Source: Narcine bancroftii
Taxonomy: Eukaryota
Assembly (NCBI RefSeq): GCF_036971445.1
Contig: NC_091474.1
Span: 174,344,001 to 174,408,000 of the forward strand
Reading direction: 5' to 3'
DNA length: 64,000 nt
In this document: one piece after another, positions 1 to 11,393 of the stretch
Numbering within the stretch: the stretch's first letter is position 1
Layout of the letters: each line of letters starts with the position of its first letter
Translations under genes and position numbers: made by a program
The notes under the pieces: model-generated
Told to the model about the DNA's origin: nothing
Seen by the model: the letters and a program-made list of their open reading frames with translations, nothing else
Databases searched by the model: none

Positions 1-150
1 CTGCTGTGGGGAGCATATCCCGCCAATTGATTGGCGGGCACACCAAAAATATGCATACCAGGGAGGAGGGGAGTCAGCAGGGCAACGGGCTAGGCCCACT
101 GTTGTGGGGAGCAGGTCCCGCTGATTGATTGACAGCCACACGGGACACAT

Positions 151-3100
151 GTTTTGGCTTCTTGGACCATTGGGATCCCTTTTGGGGACGGCATGACCTT
201 TACAAGAAGGATGGGTTACACCTAAGCCCAAAAAGGGTCAATATATTGGCAGCTAGGTTTGGTAAAGCTGTCGGATGCGGTTTAAACTAATTTGCCAGAA
301 GGATGGGAACCTGTATGATAGGGCAAAGGACAGGAAAGATAAAATAGGAAAAGTTAGGTTAGGCAGCGAAAGTAAAAAATCAGAAAGAGCAAGGTGGGTG
401 AAAAAAGCAAATCTGATGGCTTTATTATCTTAATGCAAGAAGCATTCAGAACAAGGTAGACAAATTGGCTGTGGAAATTGAGACAAACAAATACGATTTG
501 ATTGGGATTACAGAAACATGGCTGCAAGGTGGGCAAGGCTGGGAACTTAACATCCCGGGGTAGACAATATTTAGGAGGGATCGGCAAGGAAGAAAAGGGC
601 GGTGGGGTAGTATTGATGGTGAGAGAAGGGACCGACACGATTGACAGGAAGGATATCAACTCGGAAGATGCGGAATCTATATGGGTAGAACTGAGGAATA
701 GCAAGGGGCGGAAAACGTTAGTGGGGGTGGTATATAGGCCTCCAAATAGTAATGTAGAGGTGAAGGAAGGCATGAAAAGAGAAATTAGAGAAGCCTGCAA
801 TAAGGGAACAGCTGTCATCATGGGAGACTTTAATTTACATATAGATTGGACTAGCCAAATTAGTAACAATACTGAGGAGGAGGAATTCCTTGAATGTTTA
901 CGGGACGGTTATCTAGACCAATATGTCGAGGAACCAACTCGGGAACAGGCCATTTTAGACTGGGTATTATGCAATGAAAAGGGGCTAATCAGCAATCTTG
1001 TTGTACGAGGCCCTTTGGGTAGGAGCGATCACAATATGATCGAATTCTCACTCGACATGGAGAGTGAAGAAATTAAAACCGAGACTAAGGTCCTGAATTT
1101 AAATAAAGGGAATTATGATGGTATGAGACGGGAGTTGAGTAAGATTGGTTGGGTGGTGTTTATGGGGGGGTTGACAGTGGAAAGACAATGGAAAGCAATC
1201 ACAGATCTAATGGAAGAATTGCAGAAATTGTTTATACCGGTTTGGCATAAAAATAAACCAAAAAAGGTGACTCAACCATGGATAACAAGGGAAATTAGAG
1301 ACAGCATTAGGTCCAAAGAGAGAGCCTATCAATTGGCCAAAAAAAGTACCAAATCCGAAGACTGGGAACAGTTCAAGATGCAGCAGTGGAGGACAAAGGG
1401 ATTAATTAAGAGGGCAAAAATAAATTACGAAAGTAAGCTTGCGGCAAACATAAAAACCAACTGCAAAAGCTTTTATAGATATGTCAAGAGGAAAAGATTG
1501 GTGAAATCCAGAGTAGGTCCCTTGCCATCAGAATCAGGGGAATATATAATGGGGAATAAGGAAATGATAGACCAATTAAATTCTTACTTTAGTTGTTTTC
1601 ATAAGAGAGGATACAAATAACCTCCCAAGGATGTTGGGAAACAGAGACTAATGCAAGGGAGCTGCTGAAAGAAATCAGTATCTCGAAGGACATGGTCTTG
1701 GGGAAATTGAAAGCCGATAAATCCCAAGGGCCTGATAATCTACATCCTTACTTAAGGAAGTGGACATTCAGATAGCAGATGCTTTAAGAATTATTTTCCA
1801 GAACTCGATAGATTCAGGATCAGTACCCATGGACTGGAGGGTAGCTAATGTTACCCCAATATTTAAAAAGGGGGGGGTAGAGAAAAAGTGGGGTAGAGAA
1901 AAAGTGGGGAATTATAGACTAGTGAGCCTTACATCAGTAGTGGGAAAAATGATGAAATCCATTATTAAGGATGTAATAGCGGAGCATATGACTAGCAGAG
2001 AAGGGATCGGACAGAGTCAGCATGGATTTAGAAAAGGTAAATCGTGCTTGACAAATCTATTGGAATTCTTTGAGATGGTGACAGGTAAAATAGATGAGGA
2101 GAGCCAGTGGATGTGGTGTACCTGGACTTCCAAAAGGCCTTCGATAAGGTCCAACATAAACAACTGGCATGCAAAATCAAGGCTCATGGGATTGGGGGCA
2201 AGGTATTGATGTGGATTGAGAACTGGCTGGCAGATAGAAGACAGAGAGGTGAGATAAACGGCTCATTTTCTGAGTGGCAGGTGGTGACCAGTGGGGTCCC
2301 ACAGGGATCCGTACTGGGTCCCCAGCTGTTCACAATTTACATTAATGATCTAGATGAGGGGATTGGATGTAATATCTCCAAATTTGCAGACGACACTAAG
2401 CTAGGAGGGGTTGTGTGCACTGAAGAAGGGGTCAGGAAGCTCCAGTGTGATTTGGATAAATTGGGGGACTGGGCAGATACATGGCAAATGTACTACAATG
2501 TGGATGAATGTGAAGTTATCTACTTTGGTAATACAAACCGGAGGGCAGATTACTATTTGAATGGCAATAGATTGGGAGATGGGGAAATGCAGAGAGACCT
2601 AGGGGTTCTTGTGCACCAGTCACTGAAGGCGAGCATGCAGGTATAGCAGGCGGTTAAAAAGGCAAATGGTATGTTGGCCTTCATATCGAGAGGGTTTGAG
2701 TATAGGAATAAGGATACCTTACTGCAGCTGTACAGAGCCTTGGTGAGACCACACCTGGAGTATTGTGTGCAGTTTTGGTCGCCTTATCTGAGGAAGGATG
2801 TTCTTGCAATGGAGGGAGTGCAGAGGCGATTCACCAGGCTGATACCTGGAATGGCAGGAATAACTTATGAAGAAAGATTGCACAATTTGGGATTGTACCC
2901 TCCGGAGTTTAGAAGATTGTGAGGGGATCTCATAGAGACATATAAAATTCTGGCAGGACTGGACAGAATGGATGCGGAAGGGATGTTTCCAATGGTGGGG
3001 CAGTCCAGAACCCGGGGCCATGGTTTGAGGATAATAGGCAAACCATTTAGAACTGAGATGAGGAGGAATTTCTTTACCCAGAGGGTGGTAAATCTGTGGA

Positions 3101-3302
3101 ATTCATTGCCACAGAGGGCAGTAGAGGCAAGTTCATTTAATATATTAGATATATTTCTTCAGTATAAGGGAATTAGGGGTTATGGAGAGAAGGCGGGGAC
3201 GGGGTACTGAACTTTAAGATCAGCCATGATCTCATTGAATGGCGGAGCAGGCTCGAAGGGCCGAATGACCTACTCCTGCTCCTATCTTCTATGTTTCTAT
3301 GT
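151..3302 (+). mobile_element. CR1-clade LINE, 5'-truncated within ORF1; ORF2 (APE endonuclease + RT) nearly complete but disrupted
   Basis: 153-290 reads FGFLDHWDPFWGRHDLYKKDGLHL..GLN*, the C-terminus of a CR1 ORF1 SGNH esterase. ORF2 pieces show GVVYRPP, MGDFN, SDHNMI, QHGF, YLDFQKAFDKV, SGVPQGSVLGP, KFADD, RPHLEYCVQFWSP and RTRGH. There are frameshifts and stops, a 17-bp tandem duplication near 1875-1908, and a 3' tail ttctatgtttctatgt. Confidence 0.95.
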
Positions 3303-3826
3303 GTGCCCACACAAGGGTGGAGGGGAGGCCAGTCACCAGGGCAGTGGGTCAGGCCCAACGTTGCAGGGAGCAGGCTGTGGCTTCAGCTCAATAGACTGCT
3401 CGCTCACTGCCACCTGCCCCTGCACCTCATTCAATTTGAGTGGGGGACCATGCTCATCAAATAAAAGCTCAGCGTGAAGCCTGCTCACGGAGGCCCAGTG
3501 CTCTCCTCAAAGCAAGCGATCAATTATACCATCAGCATGTACTACAAACACGGTTTTGCGCTGCTGGCAGAGGCCGCCGTGGTCGGCCTTCTAACTGGGG
3601 GAAGTGAGCAGCAATGGTGGCTCGAGAATGCACTGACTAGCTGAGGGAAGGTAGTCTATAAAACTGTGGGCCCACTTCCTGGACAGTCGCAGCACTTCTG
3701 CTGGCTTCTTGAAGTTGGGAGAGTAACTGGCAACCTGCTATATTTTAACTTTGCATGCAAGACCTGGGAGATTTTTGAGCCAATTTTTGGGGGAAAAAGT
3801 TGTCTTGTATGCTGTCAAATATGGTA
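3303..3826. mobile_element. Probable pogo/Tigger-like non-autonomous DNA element; likely continuous with 1-150 and split by the CR1
   Basis: Ends in gtcttgtatgctgtcaaatatgg+TA, which resembles a TACCGTATTT-type TIR. The GC-rich internal sequence is similar in style to the short repeats at 1-150. Confidence 0.4.
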
Positions 3827-4244
3827 GTTTTCTGCGCTTCCAAAACTCCTGAATGGACATTAAGAGCTCTAGGGTTGAGGAAGCAGAGTTATCTCAGCAA
3901 ATTTGTTGCAGTTTCAGATTAGCAGGTGTGCTCCATCACAACTGTGTCAAACCCAGAAAAATAGAGATGAATTTGGTGACAGCATCATCAATATATGTGT
4001 TAGTGTTTAATAGTTGAATCCATGTCAAATTTTGTCATGTAGACACCATCATTTAATCCTTATATCTGTGGCTTCACAATGATTTAAAAGTCTTGTTTAA
4101 ATCAGGGAAACAAAGTCTTGTAACAGCATGGCACTGCATTTTCATAAGCAAGACCTATCAAACATCAAAAGAAACCGGGAACACACAAGAAACCACACAT
4201 ATTGGATTTTGGAGCAAAACTCTAGAGAGTATCAACCGAAGTCT

Positions 4245-4990
4245 CAAAGACAAGGAGATGATCGTGGACTTCAGGAGGATGAAGAACAACCAGCCTCCAC
4301 TACACATCAATAACTCTGTAGTGGAGAGAATGGAGAGCACCAAATTCCTTGGATTTCACTGAAGTAGTGATCATGGCTACACAACATCTCCTCACTTGTC
4401 AGGAATGTGCAACAGTGATTGCACTTCCTGAGAAGACTGAAGAGGGCAAGGCCTCTATTATGTCAACCTTGTACAGGAGCTCTTTTGAGAACATCCTGGC
4501 CAGCTGCATCAGTGGGGTGTGATTGCTGCAGAGAAGTGGATTGCAGGTAAATCCCCGGCACAATAAGAGCAGCAGAGAGGATTATTGGAGTCTTCCTCCT
4601 CCCCTTCGACGTGATCTACCTGGATTGTTATCTGAAGAGGGCATGCAGCATTACTGAGGACCTCTTCCAACCTGCACACAGCATCTTTCAGCTGCTCCTG
4701 TTGGGAAAGTGATGCAAGAGTATCAGAGCCAGCACCACCAGGCTTCTTCCCAAGGGCAGTGAGAATCCTGAACGACGAAAGGAACAGCTCTTACTAACTA
4801 TCTGAGACTCTCATATTCATGAAACAATATTTATTTATTTGGCTATATGAATACTTGTGCTGTATATGTATTGTTTCTCTGTATGTGTGTTATGTCTGGT
4901 TGTGTATCTACGTGTTTTGCATGAGGACTGGAGAACACTGTCTCGTTGTGTTGTACTTATACAATTAGATGACAATAAACTTGACTTGAA
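4245..4990 (+). mobile_element. Rex1/Babar-like LINE 3' fragment
   Basis: Encodes KEMIVDFRR...VERMESTKFLG and ends in gacaataaacttgacttga. Same family as 32040-33928 and 47110-48520. Confidence 0.85.
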
Positions 4991-5569
4991 AATGCAATCT
5001 GCTGGGACAAAAGAACGGTCAACATTTTTGAGTTGGAATCCTTCATCAAGACAACCAAAAGATTGACCATTCTTTTTCACTCACCGATGTTGCTCAACCC
5101 GCTGTGTTTCTCCAGAAGATTGTATTTTGATTTGGAATGTGAAAAAGAACTTGCTGTTAAATTTGATGCTGGATAAATACAAATTCTAACCCCAATGCTC
5201 TTTCTTAAGCAATGCCATGGGATTCTTTGCATTATCTTGAGAGGAAAGAGGAGACCAGGCTATCTCAATGGCTGATATAATCTAAAGGAAAACCAGGCAT
5301 TCAGTTGTTCTACAGGAACAAAATCTCAGGTGAACCTATTGTAAGTCTCGGACATACAACTGGCATGCAATGTCTTATCTTTTTGTATTTTAAAACAAAG
5401 TCTTGTGGCATCAGGCCAAATATAGTTAAGGAAATCTCCTCTTGCTTTACAGCATCGTCTTTCCTCAGTTGCTGAATCAGTATACTCTTGTCTCTGAATG
5501 ACACTTGGAAGAAATACTGAAAATAGAAAGGACACAAATGACAATCACCAAGGGGGCTCAGTAGCACTA

Positions 5570-5900
5570 TGACTGACCAAGCCAAATGGGTCCTGAAGGG
5601 TGTTGCTGCCAGACTAAAAAATGAGGCAGAGTTATCCATCCACAGCAGCCACATACATCAGCACCACGTACAAGTTCAATACTCTGCATATCCTTCATTC
5701 TTCCTTCAAAATAAAAGAAGGGATCAACCCTGGTTCCACATGGAGTTAAGAGTGCCATTGCTGAGAGCAACAGCCATTGGGGTGCAGCCAAAAATGAGGA
5801 ACCAATCCGATGAAGATGACATGAAATTACATGCGTGCTACCAAGCCAAAAACTGTGCACATTTGAGAGAGTATGGCCAATGGATCAGAACATACTAATA
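5570..5900 (+). mobile_element. Highly decayed LINE ORF2 fragment (CR1/L2 group)
   Basis: DQPWF-type motif (gggatcaaccctggttc) typical of the linker after the APE domain; otherwise degenerate. Confidence 0.35.
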
Positions 5901-5974
5901 TCGTCACACCAAATCTAATTATGAATGGTAATAGAGGCACAAATAAACAGGTGGTGGCTGCACCAAGAGGATCT

Positions 5975-6510
5975 TCACATTCCTCAACCACAATGACCCC
6001 TTCATTACAAAGACAACAGTGAACCAACTCCAACCATGTTCAGCCAGATATGCTAGATATGCCATCTCACTTCTTCCTATGACAATGTCATATTCCATCT
6101 GGGCAACCTCCAACCAGATGGCATTAACATCAACTTTGGTTTCTTTTACCCCCAACCCCCTATCTTTCCTTATATCTCCTCTTCCTCTCTCGCTCTCTTC
6201 CCTTTTCCTTGTCTCCTTTCCCCAGCTCTGCATCCACAGATCCTCAAACAACTCTTCCTGCCCAGTCCATTCTTACTTTTCCCTCTCCTGTGTTCCATCC
6301 ATGTTCAATTAACACCTTTTGTCAGTTGCTTTTCCCCTGCCCCATTCTTCCCTCCTCAGCCTTTTAATTTAGGTGCCTGTCTGCTTTTTAATAATACATT
6401 GAGGAAAGGCTCACCCAAAACATTGGTTATTTATCTTTACCTCCTATGGACACTGCAAGACTGCTGAGTTCCTCCAGCATTTCTGTTTTTACACCATCAC
6501 AGAAGCTAGT
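5975..6510 (+). mobile_element. Penelope-like element 3' fragment (GIY-YIG C-terminus plus terminal repeat)
   Basis: ttccatctgggcaacctccaaccagatggcattaacatc (FHLGNLQPDGINI), a pyrimidine-rich tract, and the gctgagttcctccagcatt tail shared with ~60600 and ~61790. Confidence 0.7.
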
Positions 6511-6914
6511 CTTTGACTAAGTTGATTCAATCATCTGTGCTGTCCCTGTCCTCCCACATACTGTAATTAGAGCACAGGACTACCCCAACTGCCTCCATCA
6601 CCTGCCTCTTTATTTAAATTAGAGTAATTAAAGATAAACTCAAAACAGATTTACCAAACCTTACCTCACAGGGAGCTCTTCCCCAGTTTCCTGCTTGCCA
6701 AAGCTTCTCAAGCCCCCACTCCTTCCTTTATCCACTCATCCCTGGCTGCTCCTTTATCTTGCCCTACTTTTATTGGCCTTCTACCAATTCACTTAATTAC
6801 CGTCTCCCACAAATCAATGGCCAGCTGTCTCTATTTTAAACTACTCACCAACCACCCGCTCCTCCCACTCCATCTCCGAAAATGAAGACCCGACTCCACG
6901 AGCAGTCATTCTTG

Positions 6915-7086
6915 AATTACAAATCATTCATTTGTTTTAACCACAAAGGTTCTGTTAACATTTTCTGTGGTATAGGTAATTTACTTTTCTGTAATTGAAT
7001 TTTTAGCTTTTTTTTTAACAATAAAACTAGATCTTCCCAATCAAACAAGCAGATAATAAGTGCATGTGAAATTAATGATTCATCAC
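6915..7086 (+). repeat. Copy 1 of a ~170-bp direct duplication (copy 2 at 8403-8571)
   Basis: aattacaaatcattca...aattaatgattcatcac occurs twice with a few substitutions or indels. Confidence 0.95.
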
Positions 7087-8288
7087 AAAATAGTTCACAT
7101 TATCCTGACTATATAACATCCCTCCTTCTCAAGATAACAAAAAAATTAATGTCCTTTATCACTTTCTTTCCAGTGCAACTTAAGTAACTGAACTTGTACA
7201 CTCGGTAAAATATAGGTTTCTGTTGACACCGTGGTTAAATGAAAAAAAAAACACACAAATGCTGGAGAAACTCAGCAGTTTTTCAATGAACCCATGACCT
7301 TTGGGGTAATATGGGGATGATGTAGTGATAACAAACCCATACTCTGCAGCCAGCTTTCTGAATTCTTGTGACGTGAACTGTTTTCCATTGTCACATACTT
7401 ACTTGGGTATTCCTTGTTCAGCAGAGTGCTCTCATTTCTGAGGTAATAGTTGATGCTCTCAGGTCTTTCACCCTTTTGATGAATGGAAACTTAGAGTTGT
7501 AACAGGCTACTATTAAATTCCACTCTTGACTCTTGATGAACAAGTCTGCTCCCACTGTGTGGAATGGCCTGGCAGGTACTTCTGTGGAAATCATTTCCTC
7601 TTTTTGCAGCAACAATTTTTAGTCTTGTGAGGAAGTTATCAACAGTTTCATCAGTCTCTTGCATTAAGCCTTGAAATTCATAGCATTTAATTCTATTATT
7701 AGACCTGGGTTCTAGGTGAGAAACAAACTTTGCAAATATCTGCTCTGGATCATTTTTATCCACCTCTGTAAGCTCCCAGCCATTAAATAAGTCCAGACCT
7801 CACTCCCCTGTTCAGAAAAGTTTATAACTGACCTTCTCCTCTGCTGTTGCATTTTGAAAATAGTTTTTGAAAGCTAAATTGCAATTTTGCTGAAACTTTT
7901 TAAATGATTCAACAATGTCTTCAACCTCCCAGTCCATCACTGGGTGAACTGCTGTTGCTCCGGCCATTTTCTTTCAGTAATGTTTTTTTTACTCTTCCCC
8001 TTTGTATTTCAGTGACTTTAAATTAATTGTATGGCTTTATTCTTGTTCTCTTATATCACTGCCATCATGTTACCTCTCTGGAGTTACTTGGGAGGCTTCT
8101 TAAATAACTTTGAGATGCAAGATTCAAAGAACAAAAGAGACTTTACTCACTGATGTCATCCACCATCTCAGGAAACAGTTCACACACCCATATACATATA
8201 CATACGGCCCACAGTAGTGCACTACCGTTACAACAGTGAGAAAGGTGTATTCTTACGTGGTTACAAAATAGTTCACACTATCCTGACA
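7085..8288 (-). mobile_element. Internally deleted Ty3/Gypsy LTR retrotransposon
   Basis: 5' LTR ~8068-8288 followed by a PBS-like tggcagtg. Gag starts at ATG 7967 (MAGATAVHPVMDW...QETDETVDNFLTRLK) and joins at ~7605 directly to integrase (PARPFHTVGADLF...CDNGKQFTS...TSSPYYP). PPT gagaaggaggga precedes a 3' LTR remnant at 7085-7118 that matches the 5' LTR. Confidence 0.85.
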
Positions 8289-8402
8289 GCTGGTATTTCT
8301 GAATCAGGAAAGAAAAAAAAAATTCTTAATTCTTTTACACTGAATGAAAACTGCTTGATGGAAACTGCATTGCAATTCCCATGATTGTTTAGCTTGACCA
8401 GA

Positions 8403-8571
8403 AATTACAAATCATTCAATTGTTTTAACCACAAAGGTTTTGTTAACATTTTCTGTGTTATAGGTAATTTACTTTTCGGTTATTGAATTTTTAGCTTTTA
8501 AAAAAATAAAACTAGATCTTCCCAATCAAACAAGCAGATAATAAGTGCATGTGAAATTAATGATTCATCAC
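8403..8571 (+). repeat. Copy 2 of the ~170-bp direct duplication
   Basis: Direct match to 6915-7086. Confidence 0.95.
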
Positions 8572-9029
8572 TTAGGTACAGTTTAAAATATTTGAATGGA
8601 ACATTTCCCAGGTTGGAGAACTGCATCAAACCCAAATACATTATTAACAGATTATGTTTTGGCAGACAATTACTGACATAAAGATAAGTGTTATTGAATT
8701 ATAACAGATTCCTTGTGAAAACTAGACGCAGGTCTTTTGTTACATGGCACAAGATGATTTGAGCAGTCATACCACACACTAATTTAAGTGATAACTGTCT
8801 AACCTTTATCTCATATAGCTACACTTTGTGATTAATTTTTGGCCATTTATTAAAAATTGACTATATGTAGTGTGAATGCCTAGTTTGCAACAAAACATTC
8901 TGGTGATAGACTGCAATAGCTAGCTTGAAATTTTTGAATTACAACAATTTGCATTTTTGAAATTGAAAATATATGGTAACAAACTTGTAAAGATTCTTAA
9001 TGGAAAATTATAGCAAATAATGGCACCAC

Positions 9030-9377
9030 ATTCACCATCCTATAAAGACTGTGTGAAATGCACATCTGTCACTCAGCTGAACTAATCTGATAAAACCTCC
9101 CGACCCATGTCCTCTGTCACTGAGAAGGAGAAAGGCAGCAACTGCATGGCAACAATAGCACTGCTCAGTCCCCTTTCTAACCATTGTAAACATATTTTGT
9201 CCTTCGCTGCTAGATCTAACTCCTGTAACTAACTCCCCTGTAGGACAGATCCAGTTCATCAGAATTACTGCAATGGTTTAAGAAGCTATCTTACCCCCAC
9301 CTGTTTAGGAGCAATTAGGAATGGATATTAAATGCTAGCCTTTCCAATGAAGCCCAGACGCTAAGAAAAAATGAATA
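9030..9377 (+). mobile_element. Old LINE (L2-like) 3' end
   Basis: The degenerate tail ggagcaattaggaatggatattaaatgctagcc...aatgaataa resembles shark L2/DeuSINE 3' ends as I recall them. Confidence 0.5.
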
Positions 9378-10873
9378 ACTGAAAACAAATCCTGTCTCAA
9401 GGTGATTTATAAGTTTAGGTGTATTCTCAATGCCTCAAGCAACAGGGTAACCCTTGGCTGTATTTGGTGTGAACTGTACAATATTTAGACTTAGGATGAT
9501 CCATGACAGGCAAAGACTCTTCATTGGTGGGGGCAAAGAGGGGATTTGCCAGGATGTTTCCTGGAATGGAGCATTTTACTGATAAGGGGAGACTAGAAGA
9601 GAAGTTCATTTTCCAAAACATGATGCAAGGTCCACTTAGAAGATGTTTTCCTGATAGGATGCTTTTCTTTATTTCCAAACCAAAGGTCTAAGCATTTTTA
9701 AGGTTCATTAAGTAGTTCACATTCCTCATGCTCGTATCATGCCTCCAATACACTGCCCTGGAGTTTTGAGATGATATCTGACACATAACTAAAGTTACAC
9801 AAATAATATGTGATGACAAAGCAGGAAATGAATTGTCTCTGAATCTCAACTCATTTTCTGATAAACACATTGGATGGACACACAAGTTATTCTTTCGATT
9901 GTTGTCCCCCCAGTAACATATCAAAATGAAGGCAAAATTTAAAAAAAAAGTGCAAGACATCCTCTCTAACCCACCCCATATACATAGGCAAGATGATCAG
10001 AGATGTGCTCGAAGTGGCTAGAAGTGCACTCTGGACCTCTCAAACTTCATGAACCTGCTTTATTCTCCAAAAAATTGTGTTGAAACCAAATAAAAGTAGA
10101 CATTCAAACAATACAAAATTCTGCTCAAAGTTAATTATGGAAGACATTTTTTAGTCTTTTTATTTTCATATACAAAACCAAAAATGAAGCTGATGCTTAC
10201 ATGTTGATTGACTCACAACTTACGTCAAACATTGGAAACAGATTAGCTGTTACAATGCATTGTTGAACACGTTCAGACTTACGCAGTTACTGAGAACTGA
10301 GGCAGAGTACAATAAGTGGGCCAGTAATTATAGTGGTCAATATTTTTCTACAAGTACTAACATTTTAGTTTAATCAATAATTTGTCAGATCTATTCACCA
10401 AATATTGAAAAATACTTCGATCAAAGTCAAAAGTCAATACTTGCAAACCTTCTAACATCGCACAGTACAATTGTTGTTTTGTCCTTGTGGTGGAATACAG
10501 CAAAATTAACACTTTAATGATTTTTGATCCAATTTCACCATCTATATAATAGGATTAGCAAAATAATTATCCTTTCCCCAACATTATAGTAGGGTCTTTT
10601 TACACTGTATTTTACATCCATAAAATATGCAACAGCTTGATAGATTTCTAAACAGACAACTCGGTCAAAGCAATTGGTGCCATTTAGTCGGAACTTAGGT
10701 TATTAATGTTCATCGGGAAACATTTAAGTTTTGTTCTAATGTAATTAATTACAAGTAGACCATTACACTTTGATTGTTTACCTCAAGAAAAAGTACATGG
10801 CAAATAGTGAAAAAAAATCAGTATGATCAAATAAATCACATCTAAGCACATCGTTGCGTTACTTTTCTGTGAT

Positions 10874-10879
10874 TTTATT
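10874..10879 (-). terminator. Candidate polyadenylation signal for NT5DC1
   Basis: AATAAA on the minus strand ~390 nt after the stop codon, in AT-rich non-repetitive sequence. Another AATAAA lies at 10159-10164. Confidence 0.35.
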
Positions 10880-11271
10880 GTGACCAATATACAGTTTTTC
10901 TGATTTTTCTTCCTTTTAAAACAAAAAATGATTTGCCAAAGATTTTCATGAGTACAGTTCTCCTGTATAAATGGTATTACATTACTTCCACTGGTATCAC
11001 AATCAACAGGCTTAAACTATATTTAGACTGATTAATGCTACTCTTACAACATTAACACTGAAAGAGGAATTAAGAAAAATAAAGATATAACAGCTTTTTT
11101 TTCAAAAAAATAAAACCATCAGTTTAGCTGATTCTAAATGCACTTCAACAGTACAGAAACTTCTCTTATGGAGGTAATGCACAGTAGCCACACGAGGGAC
11201 AAAACATGTGTTGCTTTGAAAAGGGTCTTGCTTTTTTTTCTTCAAAGGCTGAGATGACAGCTCTTGCATGC

Positions 11272-11393
11272 TTATTCTTGTGTTATTGGTTCACTGGATC
11301 TTGGCACAAGGGGCACGGGAGGTGTTGGATAGTATCCAGTGAATCTTGGTTTACCTGGACAAAACCTGGGAAACTTGTGATCAAGTGACAAGT
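11272..11393 (-). CDS. NT5DC1: 5'-nucleotidase domain-containing protein 1, terminal coding exon
   Basis: Acceptor tttgcag, phase 1. Reads (D)LSLDHKFPRFCPGKPRFTGYYPTPPVPLVPRSSEPITQE*, similar to the vertebrate NT5DC1 C-terminus (LPLDYKFTRF...GYYPNPP). Phase matches the upstream exon. Confidence 0.92.

Noticed and set aside
354-869. 171-aa minus-strand ORF, and similar antisense ORFs over the RTE and L1 copies
   Set aside because: Shadow frames opposite LINE coding sequence.
5326-5544. Minus-strand exon-like segment with a good acceptor
   Set aside because: No recognisable protein, no strong donor, and it is flanked by decayed repeats.
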